In this document: piece after piece, positions 23,891 through 34,597 of the stretch
Layout: every line of letters starts with the position of its first letter
Numbering within the stretch: position 1 is the first letter of the stretch
Assembly (NCBI GenBank): GCA_963697335.1
Contig: CAVONQ010000003.1
Location: forward strand, 60,669 to 124,668
DNA length: 64,000 nucleotides
Direction of reading: 5' to 3'
DNA from: an uncultured cyanobacterium
GTDB taxonomy: Bacteria > Cyanobacteriota > Cyanobacteriia > PCC-6307 > Cyanobiaceae
Program-made: the position numbers and the translations under genes
Notes under the pieces: model-generated
The model's input: only the letters and a program-made list of their open reading frames with translations
Told to the model about the DNA's origin: nothing
Database searches by the model: none

Positions 23891-24011
23891 AATCCCGAAC
23901 GGCCTGCGGCTGAAACCGCTGACGGGACTGGGCCGGCGATGCCGACCCGCTGATCATGCACGAGCGGGTACCCCTCGGTCAAACGCCTCCGGGCTCCGGC
24001 AGGATGCCTGC

Positions 24012-24761
24012 ATGCTCAAGGCAATCCAGGCCGACCTGGCGATCATCAAGGATCGGGACCCTGCCGCTCGAGGGGTTGTGGAGATCCTGCTGTGCTATCC
24101 GGGGCTGCATGCCCTGGTGCTGCACCGCATCAGCCACCGGCTCTGGAGCACGGGCCTGCCGATCCTGCCGCGACTGCTGAGCCAGGTGGGTCGGCTGCTG
24201 ACCGGCATCGAGATCCACCCCGGGGCCCGGATCGGCCATGGCGTGTTCATCGACCACGGCATGGGCGTGGTGATCGGTGAAACCACCGAGGTGGGCAACA
24301 ACTGCCTGCTGTATCAGGGCGTGACCCTGGGCGGCACGGGCAAGGCCCACGGCAAGCGTCATCCCACCCTGGCGGAGAACGTGGTGGTGGGGGCCGGTGC
24401 CAAGGTGCTGGGCGCGATCACCGTGGGGGCCAACACCCGCATCGGCGCCGGCTCGGTGCTGCTGCGGGACGTGGGCCCGGACAGCACGGTGGTGGGCATT
24501 CCCGGCCGGGTGGTGCACCAGAGCGGCGTGCGGGTGGATCCCCTAGCCCACTCCGCCCTGCCCGACACGGAGGCCCGGGTGATCCGCAACCTGATGGAGC
24601 GGATCGACAACCTGGAGGGCGAACTGGCCAGAGCCCAGTCCTGCCTGCGGGAGATCGCCGCCGGGCGGCCCTTGCCTGAACCCTGCCGGGGCGAGGCCCA
24701 GAGCCTCAAAGATCGCGAGATCCTCGAGTTCCTGGGCGACAACCCAGGCACCACCCGCTGA
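24012..24761 (+). CDS. cysE: Serine O-acetyltransferase
   Basis: RDPAA, GIEIHPGA, FIDHGMGVVIGET, GKRHPT. Confidence 0.97.
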   Translation: MLKAIQADLAIIKDRDPAARGVVEILLCYPGLHALVLHRISHRLWSTGLPILPRLLSQVGRLLTGIEIHPGARIGHGVFIDHGMGVVIGETTEVGNNCLLYQGVTLGGTGKAHGKRHPTLAENVVVGAGAKVLGAITVGANTRIGAGSVLLRDVGPDSTVVGIPGRVVHQSGVRVDPLAHSALPDTEARVIRNLMERIDNLEGELARAQSCLREIAAGRPLPEPCRGEAQSLKDREILEFLGDNPGTTR

Positions 24762-24785
24762 CGGTCAACGGCTGGTCGGCGCCGC

Positions 24786-27659
24786 TCAGACCGTGGCGCG
24801 CTGGGGGGCCGGAGCCGGCTGGAACATGAACATCGAGTAGATCACGTTGCGGCGCATCTGGGTCATCATCTCGAGGAACATGTCGTAGCCCTCGTTCTTG
24901 TATTCGATCAGAGGGTCTTTCTGGCCGTAGCCGCGCAGGCCCACCGACTCCCGCAGCGCATCCATGGCCTGCAGATGTTCCCGCCAGAGGGTGTCGATCT
25001 GCTGCAGGATGAAGAAGCGCTCGGCCTGGCGCATCAGGTCTGGGCGCTGCTGCTCGATCTGACCCTCCTTGATGTCATAGGCATTGCGCATCTGCTCCTG
25101 CAGGAAGGCCTTGAGCTCCTCCACCCCCAGGCCCTGGAGCTGCTGGGGCTCGAGGTCTTCGAGGAGATAGATGAATTCCTTCACCTTCTCCACCAGGCGG
25201 CTGAGATCCCACTCCTCGGGGGGCAGGTCCGGGTTCACATAGGCCTCCACGATGTCGTCGATGGTGCGTTCGCCATAGCCGATCACCTGTTGCTTGAGCT
25301 CGCGGCCCTCCAGCACCCGGCGGCGCTCTGTGTAGACAGCTTTACGCTGATTATTCATCACTTCGTCATACTCAAATACCTGCTTTCGGATGTCGTAGTA
25401 GTAGGTTTCCACCTTCTTCTGGGCGCCCTCCAGCGAGCGGGTGAGCATCCCCGATTCAATCGGCATGTCTTCCTCCACGCGGAAGGCATTCATCAGACCG
25501 GCCACCCGGTCGCCACCGAAGATGCGCAGCAGGTTGTCTTCCAGGGAGAGAAAGAAGCGGGTGGAGCCCGGGTCGCCCTGGCGGCCGGCGCGGCCGCGCA
25601 GCTGGTTGTCCACCCGGCGGGACTCGTGGCGTTCCGTGCCGATCACATGCAGGCCGCCGGCCTCCCGGACCCGCCCTTCCTCCTGCTTCACCACAGCGTC
25701 ATAGGTGGCCTTCACGGCCGTGATGCGTTCGCGCAGCAGGGCGATCTGGGGATCCTGCGTGGGGGCTTTCTCGGCCGCCTGGGCGATGCGATCTTCCAGT
25801 TCCAGCACGCTGAGGGCGCGATCGCCCCAGGCCTTCACCAGCTCCCGGGCCAGGGCGGCCAGGGCCTGCTGCTCCTCCTCGGGCAAGGAACAGGGGTAGA
25901 GGGCTCCGATGGCGCGGGCTTCCGAGGGGGCGCTGCCGTTGCGGGCGCCGGTGGCCTGACCCTTGCCGGCGCCGAAGCCGGACGCCTCGGCGGAGCGCTG
26001 CAGCGGCACCGGCGGGCGGTGCCCCTCCTCCGGGCGCACCAGCACGGGCAACAGCACCTCGCGCAGCTTGAGGCGGGCCATGTAGTCGCTGTTGCCGCCG
26101 AGGATGATGTCGGTGCCGCGGCCAGCCATGTTGGTGGCGATGGTCACGGCGCCGGCGCGGCCCGCCTGGGCCACGATCTCCGCTTCCCGCTCCACGTTCT
26201 CGGGTTTGGCATTGAGCAGGTTGTGGGGCACCTCCTGCTCGGCCAGCAGGGCGGAGAGCAGCTCGGATTTCTCCACACTGGTGGTGCCCACCAGCACCGG
26301 TCGGCCGGAGTTGTGCACCTCGGCAGTTTCCAGGGCCACGGCGCGCCACTTGGCGGTTTCGGTCTTGTACACCTGGTCGGTCCAGTCGGCGCGGGAGCGG
26401 GGCCGGTTGGTGGGCACGATGGCCACTTCGAGTTTGTAAGTCTTCTCGAACTCCACCTCTTCGGTCTTGGCCGTGCCGGTCATGCCAGCCAGACGCGGAT
26501 AGAGCAGGAAGAAGTTCTGGTAGGTGATAGAAGCGAGCGTCTGGGTTTCGGGCTGGATCGGCAGGCCCTCCTTGGCTTCGATCGCCTGGTGCTGGCCATC
26601 ACTCCAGCGGCGGCCAGGCATCACCCGGCCGGTGAACTCATCAACAATCACCGCATCCTGCCCGCGCACGATGTAGTTCACATCCTTGATGAACAACTCC
26701 TTGGCCTTAAGGGCATTATTGATATAATGGGCCCAGGGGTCGGCGGGGTCAAACAGATCGCTCACCCCCAGCATCTGCTCAGCCTTGGCGAAGCCCTCAT
26801 CGGTGAGGGTGCAGCTGCGCTGCTTCTCGTCCAGCTCGTAGTCGCCTTCAGGGTCGATGCCGTCCTTGCCGAGCTCCGCCGCCCGCTCCAGCCTGGCGGC
26901 CACTTCGGCGGCCTTCTGGTATTTCTCCTGGGGACGCTCCACCTGGCCGGAGATGATCAGGGGCGTACGGGCCTCATCGATCAGGATCGAATCAACTTCA
27001 TCGATCACGCAGTAGTGGAAATCGCGCTGCACCACCTCGGCGATGTCGGTGGCCATGTTGTCGCGCAGATAATCAAAACCCAGCTCGCTGTTGGTGGCGT
27101 AGGTGATGTCGCAGCCGTAGTTCTCACGCCGATCGGAAGGCGCCATGTCCTGCTGGATCAGGCCCACGGAGAGGCCGAGGAAGCGATGGATCTGTCCCAT
27201 CCACTCGGCGTCACGGCGGGCCAGGTAGTCGTTCACGGTCACCACGTGCACGCCGCGGCCCGTGAGGGCATTGAGGTAACTGGGCAGGGTGGCCACGAGG
27301 GTTTTGCCCTCACCGGTCTTCATCTCGGCGATCTGGCCGTCGTGCAGCACCATGCCGCCGATCAGCTGCACGTCGAAGTGGCGCATGCCGAGCACCCGCT
27401 TGCCGGCCTCGCGCACCACGGCAAAGGCCTGGGGCAGCAGCTCATCGAGCAGCTTGCGCTCCCGGGCCCGCACGGCCTCGGCGTTGCCCCCGGAATCACG
27501 GGCCTGCTCCAGCCTCTGGCGGAACTCGCCGGTGAGGCCGCGCAGCTCGTCGTCGGAGAGGGGAGCGATCTCCTCTTCCAGCAGGTTGATGTCGGAGACA
27601 ACCGGCTGGTAGCGCTTCAGCTTGCGGGCATTGGGGTCACCCAGCAGGAGCTTGAGCAT
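24786..27659 (-). CDS. secA: Preprotein translocase SecA
   Basis: [55 protein letters not shown]. Confidence 0.98.
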   Translation of the reverse strand: MLKLLLGDPNARKLKRYQPVVSDINLLEEEIAPLSDDELRGLTGEFRQRLEQARDSGGNAEAVRARERKLLDELLPQAFAVVREAGKRVLGMRHFDVQLIGGMVLHDGQIAEMKTGEGKTLVATLPSYLNALTGRGVHVVTVNDYLARRDAEWMGQIHRFLGLSVGLIQQDMAPSDRRENYGCDITYATNSELGFDYLRDNMATDIAEVVQRDFHYCVIDEVDSILIDEARTPLIISGQVERPQEKYQKAAEVAARLERAAELGKDGIDPEGDYELDEKQRSCTLTDEGFAKAEQMLGVSDLFDPADPWAHYINNALKAKELFIKDVNYIVRGQDAVIVDEFTGRVMPGRRWSDGQHQAIEAKEGLPIQPETQTLASITYQNFFLLYPRLAGMTGTAKTEEVEFEKTYKLEVAIVPTNRPRSRADWTDQVYKTETAKWRAVALETAEVHNSGRPVLVGTTSVEKSELLSALLAEQEVPHNLLNAKPENVEREAEIVAQAGRAGAVTIATNMAGRGTDIILGGNSDYMARLKLREVLLPVLVRPEEGHRPPVPLQRSAEASGFGAGKGQATGARNGSAPSEARAIGALYPCSLPEEEQQALAALARELVKAWGDRALSVLELEDRIAQAAEKAPTQDPQIALLRERITAVKATYDAVVKQEEGRVREAGGLHVIGTERHESRRVDNQLRGRAGRQGDPGSTRFFLSLEDNLLRIFGGDRVAGLMNAFRVEEDMPIESGMLTRSLEGAQKKVETYYYDIRKQVFEYDEVMNNQRKAVYTERRRVLEGRELKQQVIGYGERTIDDIVEAYVNPDLPPEEWDLSRLVEKVKEFIYLLEDLEPQQLQGLGVEELKAFLQEQMRNAYDIKEGQIEQQRPDLMRQAERFFILQQIDTLWREHLQAMDALRESVGLRGYGQKDPLIEYKNEGYDMFLEMMTQMRRNVIYSMFMFQPAPAPQRATV

Positions 27660-27782
27660 GGAGGGAAGCCGGCACGCAGGGAAGTCAGCCTACCGAGGGC
27701 AGGCTCTTCGCAGTTCCAGAAGGCCGTACCTCCGACACCAGTGGCGCCAGGTCTGCCCTGGCCTGCAGCGGCGTGGCGCCGC

Positions 27783-28688
27783 TCATCCGCCGCGCCTCTC
27801 CAGCAGCACGAAGGGATCAAACGTCACGCTGATGCCGAACTCCTCGGCGAACTCCAGCACCCGACACCAGGCCCGGTTCTCGCGCAGGATGCCCCGCAGG
27901 ATCACCGGGGCGTTGCCGCTCTGCAGCGTCATCTCGAACAGGGGCCAGCCCACCGAGGGCTGCACCTGATCCTCCCGGAAGCTGGGCACCACATCGAGGC
28001 TGCCCACGAGGATGCGGCGCCGGCTGGCCTCCCAGGCATAGGGGATCTCGTAGAGGGCGAGCAGGTCGGCGGCCAGGGCCCAGGAGCTGCCGGCGGCATC
28101 GATCTCCACCGCCAGCTCCCGGCCACGGGCGGGCATGGTGGCGGCCCGGCGGAAGGCCAGCGCCGCCTCGGAGGGCTGCAGCGGCGGCTCGGGTGGGAGC
28201 TGGGGCGCCGCCAGAAAGCTGCGGATGCGCTGGCGCAGTTCGTCCCCGCCGCTGGGTGGGCCGTTCCTGGTGAGCTGGAGAAAGTCCCAGCGCTCGCCGG
28301 TGCCGCCCCAGATCACCGGGCCGTAGTTCTCGTGCATCCACTGGCCATCGCGGTTGGAGGCGGCCTCGGCGTGGGTCATCACCCGCTCGATGCCGATGTC
28401 GGCCGGGCCCCAGCCCCAGCTGCGGGCGACCTGGGCGGCCTCGCGGCAGAGGGCCTCGAGCTGGGCCTCGGTGGGGGGCAGCGTCCAGGGATCGGGGCGG
28501 CCGCCCATGCAGGCACAGGAGAGGGCCACGGCATTGCTGTTGCGGCGCCAGGTGTGGGCCGGCAGATCGATGCTGTAGGCGTGCAGCCGATTCAGGCGGC
28601 CATCTCCGCCGATGATCGTGTGATAGAGCCCGGAGCGCACCCAGCTGTAGGAGGTGGCGGCCCAGTGCAGGTAGATCGTGGCCGGCAT
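27783..28688 (-). CDS. Putative Zn-dependent N-acetylmuramoyl-L-alanine amidase (amidase_2-like) with C-terminal domain
   Basis: IYLHW, YHTIIGGDG, AHTWRRNS, THAEA. Confidence 0.7.
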   Translation of the reverse strand: MPATIYLHWAATSYSWVRSGLYHTIIGGDGRLNRLHAYSIDLPAHTWRRNSNAVALSCACMGGRPDPWTLPPTEAQLEALCREAAQVARSWGWGPADIGIERVMTHAEAASNRDGQWMHENYGPVIWGGTGERWDFLQLTRNGPPSGGDELRQRIRSFLAAPQLPPEPPLQPSEAALAFRRAATMPARGRELAVEIDAAGSSWALAADLLALYEIPYAWEASRRRILVGSLDVVPSFREDQVQPSVGWPLFEMTLQSGNAPVILRGILRENRAWCRVLEFAEEFGISVTFDPFVLLERRGG

Positions 28689-28820
28689 CGGCGGAAGCGT
28701 GGGCAGGAACGCTGCGAAAGGGGCTGCAGCATCACTCCAGACCGTAGCCACAGCCCAACCCAAGGCCTCCAGTGACAGGTTTGATCGGCGGAGCCTGGTC
28801 GGCGGGCTCAGCTGAGCTCC

Positions 28821-29924
28821 CTACCCCACCAACCCCAGCCGCCCGCCGGTGTAGCCGCCGCGCTCGCGCACGGCCGTGCACCAGCCCTGCTGCTCCAGAT
28901 ACCAGCGCACGGTGGCCTCCAGGCCCTGCTCGAAGTCGTGGCGCGGCTGCCAGCCCAGCTCGCTGCTGATGCGCGCCGGGTCGATGGCATAGCGGCGGTC
29001 ATGGCCGGGGCGGTCGGTGACCGGGGTGATCAGGCGGGCGTGGGGAGCACCGGCCGGGCGCAGCTGATCGAGCAGGGCGCAGATCGCCTCCACCACCTGT
29101 TTGTTGGTGCGTTCGCCGTGGCCGCCCACGCAGTAGCTGCGGCCCAGCTCGCCCCGGGTGGCGGCCAGCAGCAGGGCGTCCACGTGGTCCTCCACATAGA
29201 GCCAGTCGCGCACGTTGGCGCCATCGCCGTAGAGGGGGATCGGCTCACCGGCGGCGGCCTTGAGGATCACCACCGGGATCAGCTTCTCGGGGAACTGCCA
29301 GGGGCCGTAGTTGTTGGAGCAGTTGGTGAGCACCACCGGCAGGCCGTAGGTGTGGTGCCAGGCGCTCACCAGGTGGTCGCTGGCGGCCTTGCTGGCCGAG
29401 TAGGGGGAGCGGGGGTCATAGGGGGTGGTCTCCGAGAAGCGGCCCGTGGACCCCAGCGAGCCGAACACCTCATCGGTGCTGATGTGGTGCAGCCGGAAGG
29501 CGGCGCGGCGCTCCTCGGCCAGAGCCTCGTGGTGGGTCCGCACCGCCTGCAGCAGGTGGAAGGTGCCGCTCACGTTGCTGGCGATAAAGGCCTCCGGACC
29601 CTCGATCGAGCGGTCCACGTGGCTCTCGGCGGCCAGGTGCATGACCAGATCCGGATCGGCCTGGCGCACCGCCGCGGCCGTGGCCTCGGCATCGGTGAGG
29701 TCCACCCGCAGCAGCTGGTGGCGGGCCTCGGCGCCGTCACCGAGCTCGGCCAACACCGCCTCCACGCTGGTGAGATCGCTGGCGTAGCCGCACTTATCGA
29801 GGTTGAAGACCGTGGCCTCGCTCTCGCGCAGGAGACGCCGCACCACGGCGCCGCCGATGAAGCCGGCGCCGCCGGTCACCAGCACGCGGCGGCGGGGACC
29901 GAGCAGGGAGGGGAGTTGGATCAC
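28821..29924 (-). CDS. rfbB: dTDP-glucose 4,6-dehydratase
   Basis: [42 protein letters not shown]. Confidence 0.96.
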   Translation of the reverse strand: MIQLPSLLGPRRRVLVTGGAGFIGGAVVRRLLRESEATVFNLDKCGYASDLTSVEAVLAELGDGAEARHQLLRVDLTDAEATAAAVRQADPDLVMHLAAESHVDRSIEGPEAFIASNVSGTFHLLQAVRTHHEALAEERRAAFRLHHISTDEVFGSLGSTGRFSETTPYDPRSPYSASKAASDHLVSAWHHTYGLPVVLTNCSNNYGPWQFPEKLIPVVILKAAAGEPIPLYGDGANVRDWLYVEDHVDALLLAATRGELGRSYCVGGHGERTNKQVVEAICALLDQLRPAGAPHARLITPVTDRPGHDRRYAIDPARISSELGWQPRHDFEQGLEATVRWYLEQQGWCTAVRERGGYTGGRLGLVG

Positions 29925-29926
29925 GG

Positions 29927-30910
29927 TCAGCGGGGGTGGGGAAGGGAAGAGGGCAGCTGCTGCAGCACCTGGCGCAGGGCCGTGCGCCAGTGGCAGGGCG
30001 GCAGGTCGAGCAGGCGGTGGCTGGCGGTGCACTCCAGCAGCGAATAGCTGGGCCGGCGGGCCGGGGTGGGGTAATCGGCGGTGGTGATCGGCCGCACCCG
30101 CGCCTGGCGCTGCAGCAGCCCAAGCTCCTGGCCCAGCTCGCCGATGGCCACGGCGAAGTCGTACCAGCTGGCGGCGCCGGCATCGCTCCAGTGCAGCAGG
30201 GGCGGCAGGATCTCGGCCTGGTCGGCCGACACCCCCGCGCCGCTGGCCACCGCGATCAGCCGCCAGCAGGCCACCGCCAGGGTGAGGGTGCTGGTGGGGC
30301 AGCCCACCTGGTCGGCCACCACGCCGATCTCCGGCTTCTCGGCGTGCAGGCGCAGCATGGTGAGGCAGAAGTTGCGGCCCACTGGGCCATACACCCAGCT
30401 GGTGCGCAGCACCTGCACGCGGCCATCCTCCGCCAGGGCGCTGGCCAGCACCGCCTGTTCGCCGGCCGCCTTGCTGGCTCCGTACACACCGAGGGGCGCC
30501 AGGGCCTGGTCGGGGCGGTAGGGGGTGCCCTGGCTGCCGTCGAAGACGAAATCGGTGCTCACCTGCAGCAAGCGGCCGCCGCTGCCGGCCAGGGCCTCAG
30601 CGAAGGCCGCGGGCGCCGCAGCATTCACGGCGGCGGCCAGCTCCGGCTCGGTTTCGGCCCTGTCCACCGCCGTGTAGGCACCGGCATTGAGCACCCAGTG
30701 GGGGCGCAGCTCCTGCACCAGCTGGCGGCAGGCACTCGCATCGGCCAGATCCAGGGCCCTCTGGCCGTCACCGCCGCTGCGGCTGGTGGCGATCAGCTCC
30801 AGGCCCGGCGGGGCACTGGAAAGAAGTGCCTGGCCCAGCTGGCCGGCGGCACCGGTGAGCAGCACCTTCAGGGGCTCATCGGCTGGATCCATCGCGGCCG
30901 GGGGGCTCAT
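29927..30910 (-). CDS. rfbD: dTDP-4-dehydrorhamnose reductase
   Basis: GAAGQLG, YTAVDRAE, STDFVFDG, YGASK, DQVGCPT. Confidence 0.96.
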   Translation of the reverse strand: MSPPAAMDPADEPLKVLLTGAAGQLGQALLSSAPPGLELIATSRSGGDGQRALDLADASACRQLVQELRPHWVLNAGAYTAVDRAETEPELAAAVNAAAPAAFAEALAGSGGRLLQVSTDFVFDGSQGTPYRPDQALAPLGVYGASKAAGEQAVLASALAEDGRVQVLRTSWVYGPVGRNFCLTMLRLHAEKPEIGVVADQVGCPTSTLTLAVACWRLIAVASGAGVSADQAEILPPLLHWSDAGAASWYDFAVAIGELGQELGLLQRQARVRPITTADYPTPARRPSYSLLECTASHRLLDLPPCHWRTALRQVLQQLPSSLPHPR

Positions 30911-31491
30911 GGGAACAGGTCCGTGGCGTCCAGTTCGGCCAGGAGCGGCGCCCCACCGTCCTTGCCGCTCAGCTGGGGCTGGGCCCCTGCCAGGGCCCCC
31001 AGGGGCCAGGCGATCGCCAGGGCCGGATCGTCCCAGCGGATGGCGCGCTCACAGTCCTTGCTCCAGAAGTCGGTGGTCTTGTAGAGCACCTCGGCCTCAG
31101 CGCTCAGGGTGAGGAAGCCGTGGGCGAAGCCCGGCGGCACCCACAGCTGCTGCTTGTTCTCGGCGCTGAGCAGGGCGCCACCCCACTGGCCCCAGGTGGG
31201 GGAGCTGCGGCGAATGTCCACCGCCACATCGAAGATCTCGCCCAGCACGCAGCGCACCAGCTTGCCCTGGGGGTGGGGCGGCAGCTGGTAGTGCAGGCCC
31301 CTGAGCACCCCCTGCTGCGAGCGGGAGTGGTTGTCCTGCACGAAGGTCGTGGCACCCGCGGCGGCGTTGAACGTCTGCTGGTTCCAGCTCTCGTAGAAAA
31401 AGCCCCGCTCGTCGCCGAACAGGCGCGGGGTCAGCAGCAGCACCCCCTCCAGCTCGGCTCCTGAGGCACTGCGCAGCGGCTCAACCTGCAT
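30907..31491 (-). CDS. rfbC: dTDP-4-dehydrorhamnose 3,5-epimerase
   Basis: [28 protein letters not shown]. Confidence 0.96.
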   Translation of the reverse strand: MQVEPLRSASGAELEGVLLLTPRLFGDERGFFYESWNQQTFNAAAGATTFVQDNHSRSQQGVLRGLHYQLPPHPQGKLVRCVLGEIFDVAVDIRRSSPTWGQWGGALLSAENKQQLWVPPGFAHGFLTLSAEAEVLYKTTDFWSKDCERAIRWDDPALAIAWPLGALAGAQPQLSGKDGGAPLLAELDATDLFP

Positions 31492-32371
31492 GGTCTGTCT
31501 CCAACACCTGCAGGAGATACTCGCCGTAGCCACTCTTGCGCAAGGGGGCGGCCAGGGCGGCGAGCTGCTCAGCATCGATCCAGCCCATCCGCCAGGCCAC
31601 CTCCTCGGGGCATCCCACCTTCAGGCCCTGGCGGTGCTCGAGGGTGCGGATGTAGCTGCCGGCCTCGTGCAGGGAATCGCAGGTGCCGGTGTCGAGCCAG
31701 GCCATGCCACGGCCCATCAGCTCCACCCGCAGCTGACCCTCCTCCAGGTACTGGAGGTTGAGGTCGGTGATCTCCAGCTCGCCCCGGGCCGAGGGCTCCA
31801 CCCGCCGAGCCCGCTCCACCACGCTGTCGTCATAGAAGTAGAGGCCGGTCACGGCGTAGCGGCTGCGGGGCTTGGCGGGCTTCTCCTCGAGGCTCAGCAC
31901 CCGACCCTCGCCATCGAAGGCCACCACGCCGTAGCGCTCGGGATCGCGCACCGGATAGGCGAACACCGTGGCGCCCAGCTGTTGGCCATTGCAGCCCTGC
32001 AGCTGGGGGCTGAAGTCCTGGCCGTGGAAGAGGTTGTCACCCAGCACGAGGGCAGCAGGCGCTCCGGCCAGGAAGGACTCCCCGATCAGAAACGCCTGGG
32101 CCAGGCCATCGGGACTGGGCTGCACGGCGTAGTCAATGGCCATGCCCCAGCGGCGGCCGTCGCCCAACAGCCGCGTGAAGGCCTCATGATCTGAGGGGGT
32201 GGTGATGATCAGCACCTCGCGGATCCCCGCCAGCATCAGCGTGCTGAGGGGGTAGTAGATCATCGGCTTGTCGAACACCGGCAGCAGCTGCTTGCTCACC
32301 CCAACGGTGATGGGGTGCAGCCTGGTGCCGCTGCCTCCGGCCAGAATGATGCCCTTGCGCTGCTGGCTCAA
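31481..32371 (-). CDS. rfbA: Glucose-1-phosphate thymidylyltransferase (TTG start assumed)
   Basis: [38 protein letters not shown]. Confidence 0.96.
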   Translation of the reverse strand: MSQQRKGIILAGGSGTRLHPITVGVSKQLLPVFDKPMIYYPLSTLMLAGIREVLIITTPSDHEAFTRLLGDGRRWGMAIDYAVQPSPDGLAQAFLIGESFLAGAPAALVLGDNLFHGQDFSPQLQGCNGQQLGATVFAYPVRDPERYGVVAFDGEGRVLSLEEKPAKPRSRYAVTGLYFYDDSVVERARRVEPSARGELEITDLNLQYLEEGQLRVELMGRGMAWLDTGTCDSLHEAGSYIRTLEHRQGLKVGCPEEVAWRMGWIDAEQLAALAAPLRKSGYGEYLLQVLETDHAG

Positions 32372-32414
32372 AGCGTCGGGGTGGCTGGGAGGATGATGAC
32401 ATGGTGTTGTTGTC

Positions 32415-32879
32415 ATGGTCGCGATCCAGCTGCTTCGCCATGCTCCAGGCGCCCCCGGCCTGCGCTGGTTCGGCCTCGGCCCCGATTTGCGTCCCACCCG
32501 CGCCCTGCTGAAGCTGCGGCGCCTGTTCAACCACCACGCCTTCTGGGCCCAGGACCGCAGCTACGCCCAGCTGCGCACCCTGCTGGCCGGCAGCCCCGTG
32601 GTGGTGAGCCTGTGGCGGGGCAAGCGGCTGGTGGGCTTCGGGCGGGCCAGCAGCGATGGCGTCTGCCGGGCCGTGCTCTGGGACGTGGTGGTGGCAGGTG
32701 ATCTACAGGGCCGCGGCCTCGGCCGCCAGGTGGTGGAGGGCCTGCTCAGCGATCCACGCCTGCAGCGGGTGGAGCGGGTTTACCTGATGACCACCAACAG
32801 CGCGGGCTTCTATGAGCAGCTCGGCTTCCAAAGGGTGGAAAGCCAGCAGCTGCTGGCGCACCAACCCCGGGGGGCTTGA
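32415..32879 (+). CDS. GNAT family N-acetyltransferase
   Basis: [26 protein letters not shown]. Confidence 0.9.
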   Translation: MVAIQLLRHAPGAPGLRWFGLGPDLRPTRALLKLRRLFNHHAFWAQDRSYAQLRTLLAGSPVVVSLWRGKRLVGFGRASSDGVCRAVLWDVVVAGDLQGRGLGRQVVEGLLSDPRLQRVERVYLMTTNSAGFYEQLGFQRVESQQLLAHQPRGA

Positions 32880-32946
32880 CCCTCCGAGCGGTGCGAACCT
32901 GGCCCGGATCAGCGCTCTGGCGGCTGAAAGGCCAAGGAGACGAAGC

Positions 32947-33492
32947 TCAATGGCTCACGGCCTTGAGGTCCTGCACGGTGCCGGTGTTCGAAACCAGACA
33001 GCGATACTTCTGGTTGGTTGATCCTCCACGCTCCCCAATCGCCCGGACAACCACCACAGAGTTGGGCTCTTCGTATTGTGCTCGCGTGATCTGCAGGTCA
33101 CGAACATTACCTCCATAGAGATCATTGACACGGGCCATGCAGGCCGACTTCGACCGCTCACTCACGGCTACACCGGCTTGGCTGTGGGAGGAACCAGAAG
33201 ACGCCATGGTCAGCTCTTGCACTTGGCCACGATTGGAGACCAGACATTTCCAGGTTTCCGCTTTGTTCGTACCGCGGACCCGTAGGGCCTTGACCATCAC
33301 GATGGAGTTGGCCTCGGAAAACTCACTGCTGGTCACCTTCAGATCACCAACTTTGCCTCCATAGTTTGAGTTCACAGCCGTCAGACACGCTGTGTTGGCA
33401 GCTGCTGGCACCTCGGCGGCCCTGCTGCTGATCGGAGCGGCCATCACCAAACCCAAGGCGGCAAGCACCACCATCCCGATGTCAACTTTCAT
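32947..33492 (-). CDS. Secreted hypothetical protein with two tandem ~65-aa repeats
   Basis: Signal peptide; repeats AC...VN..YGG.V.DL...NS.V.V.A...RG......CLVSN.G.VQ.L; lower GC than flanks. Confidence 0.8.
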   Translation of the reverse strand: MKVDIGMVVLAALGLVMAAPISSRAAEVPAAANTACLTAVNSNYGGKVGDLKVTSSEFSEANSIVMVKALRVRGTNKAETWKCLVSNRGQVQELTMASSGSSHSQAGVAVSERSKSACMARVNDLYGGNVRDLQITRAQYEEPNSVVVVRAIGERGGSTNQKYRCLVSNTGTVQDLKAVSH

Positions 33493-33679
33493 CGCACTGC
33501 CTTAGTGGTTCAAGCTGCACTGTACCAATCCAGACAGCCACTGCAAGATGTTCGCCAGGGCAGATCAATCAGTCTGGAAGGGAACCAGGGCCGAGGCCGC
33601 CAAGACGCCTCGCGACCCACTTCATCATTGGTGAATCATCCACCTGGTTGTAGCGACGGCCTGCTTAAAATCCACCCAG

Positions 33680-34159
33680 CTAGTCCGGCAGACCCGCCAT
33701 CAGGCTGCCCATCTCGAGCGCCTGCAGGCCATAGCTCCAGCCCAGGTTGCTCTTGATGCCGGCCCGCTCCAGGGCCTGCTGCATGGTGTCGGTGGTGAGC
33801 ACCCCGAAGATCACCGGCACGCCGCTCTGGCGGCTCACCGCCGCCACGCCCTTGCTCACCTCACTCACCACCACATCGAAGTGGGGGGTGTCACCGCGGA
33901 TCACGGCCCCCAGGGTGATCACCACCTGGTAGCGACCGCTGGTGGCCAGCCGCTGGGCCACCAGGGGAATCTCAAAGCTGCCGGGTACCCAGGCCACATC
34001 CAGCTGGGCGCTGCTGGCGGAGGTGTCGATGCCGTGGCGACCGAGGCAGTCGAGGCAGCCGCTCAGCAGCTTCGCCGTGACCAGATCGTTGAAGCGGGCC
34101 ACCACCACGCCGATCCGCAGGGAGTCTGCACCGACGAAGCGGCCCTCGAAAATTGCCAC
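33680..34159 (-). CDS. ribH: 6,7-dimethyl-8-ribityllumazine synthase
   Basis: [30 protein letters not shown]. Confidence 0.97.
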   Translation of the reverse strand: MAIFEGRFVGADSLRIGVVVARFNDLVTAKLLSGCLDCLGRHGIDTSASSAQLDVAWVPGSFEIPLVAQRLATSGRYQVVITLGAVIRGDTPHFDVVVSEVSKGVAAVSRQSGVPVIFGVLTTDTMQQALERAGIKSNLGWSYGLQALEMGSLMAGLPD

Positions 34160-34226
34160 AGGCAGGCGCCACTGGAGTGGCGCGGCAAGGTTCTTTCAGG
34201 GTAGAAGGCGCTCTGATGCTGCGGCT

Positions 34227-34415
34227 TCAGACCACGAAGTAGCTCATGCCCCAGTTCACCAGCACCAGGGCCACCCAGGCGATGCCACCGATCAGGATCA
34301 GGCGGTTGGAGCGGCCGCTGTCTTCGCTGGTGGCGTAGAGCACCGGCACCGCCACGATCAGGGCAAAGGACATCACCACCAGGGCCAGAACGGTGAGTGT
34401 GTTGAGGATCTGCAT
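34227..34415 (-). CDS. psbZ: Photosystem II protein PsbZ
   Basis: 62 aa, two TM helices, [10 protein letters not shown]; upstream of ribH. Confidence 0.95.
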   Translation of the reverse strand: MQILNTLTVLALVVMSFALIVAVPVLYATSEDSGRSNRLILIGGIAWVALVLVNWGMSYFVV

Positions 34416-34597
34416 GGATCTGCGGCGTCGCCGGGCCGGTCAGTGCCGGGATTCTCACACGTGGGCCCCGGGTGCCAGGCGCGGCCAGCCCCGATCCTTC
34501 ACAAGTTGTCGGGCGCAGGGTGCCGGCCAGGCCCGTCACGGTGGCGCGGGGGCCCGGAGGGATCGACCTACGATCCATTCGCCTCCAACGCAGAGCC

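Noticed and set aside
23779..24011. tRNA-Gly as an island integration site
   Set aside because: Flanked by core genes; no integrase and no duplicated tRNA 3' end seen
24975..28775. 1266-aa ORF and many other long antisense ORFs
   Set aside because: Shadow frames opposite real genes, expected at high GC3; no recognisable motifs
28821..32371. rfbACDB cluster as a novel island
   Set aside because: Standard dTDP-rhamnose pathway with host-like composition
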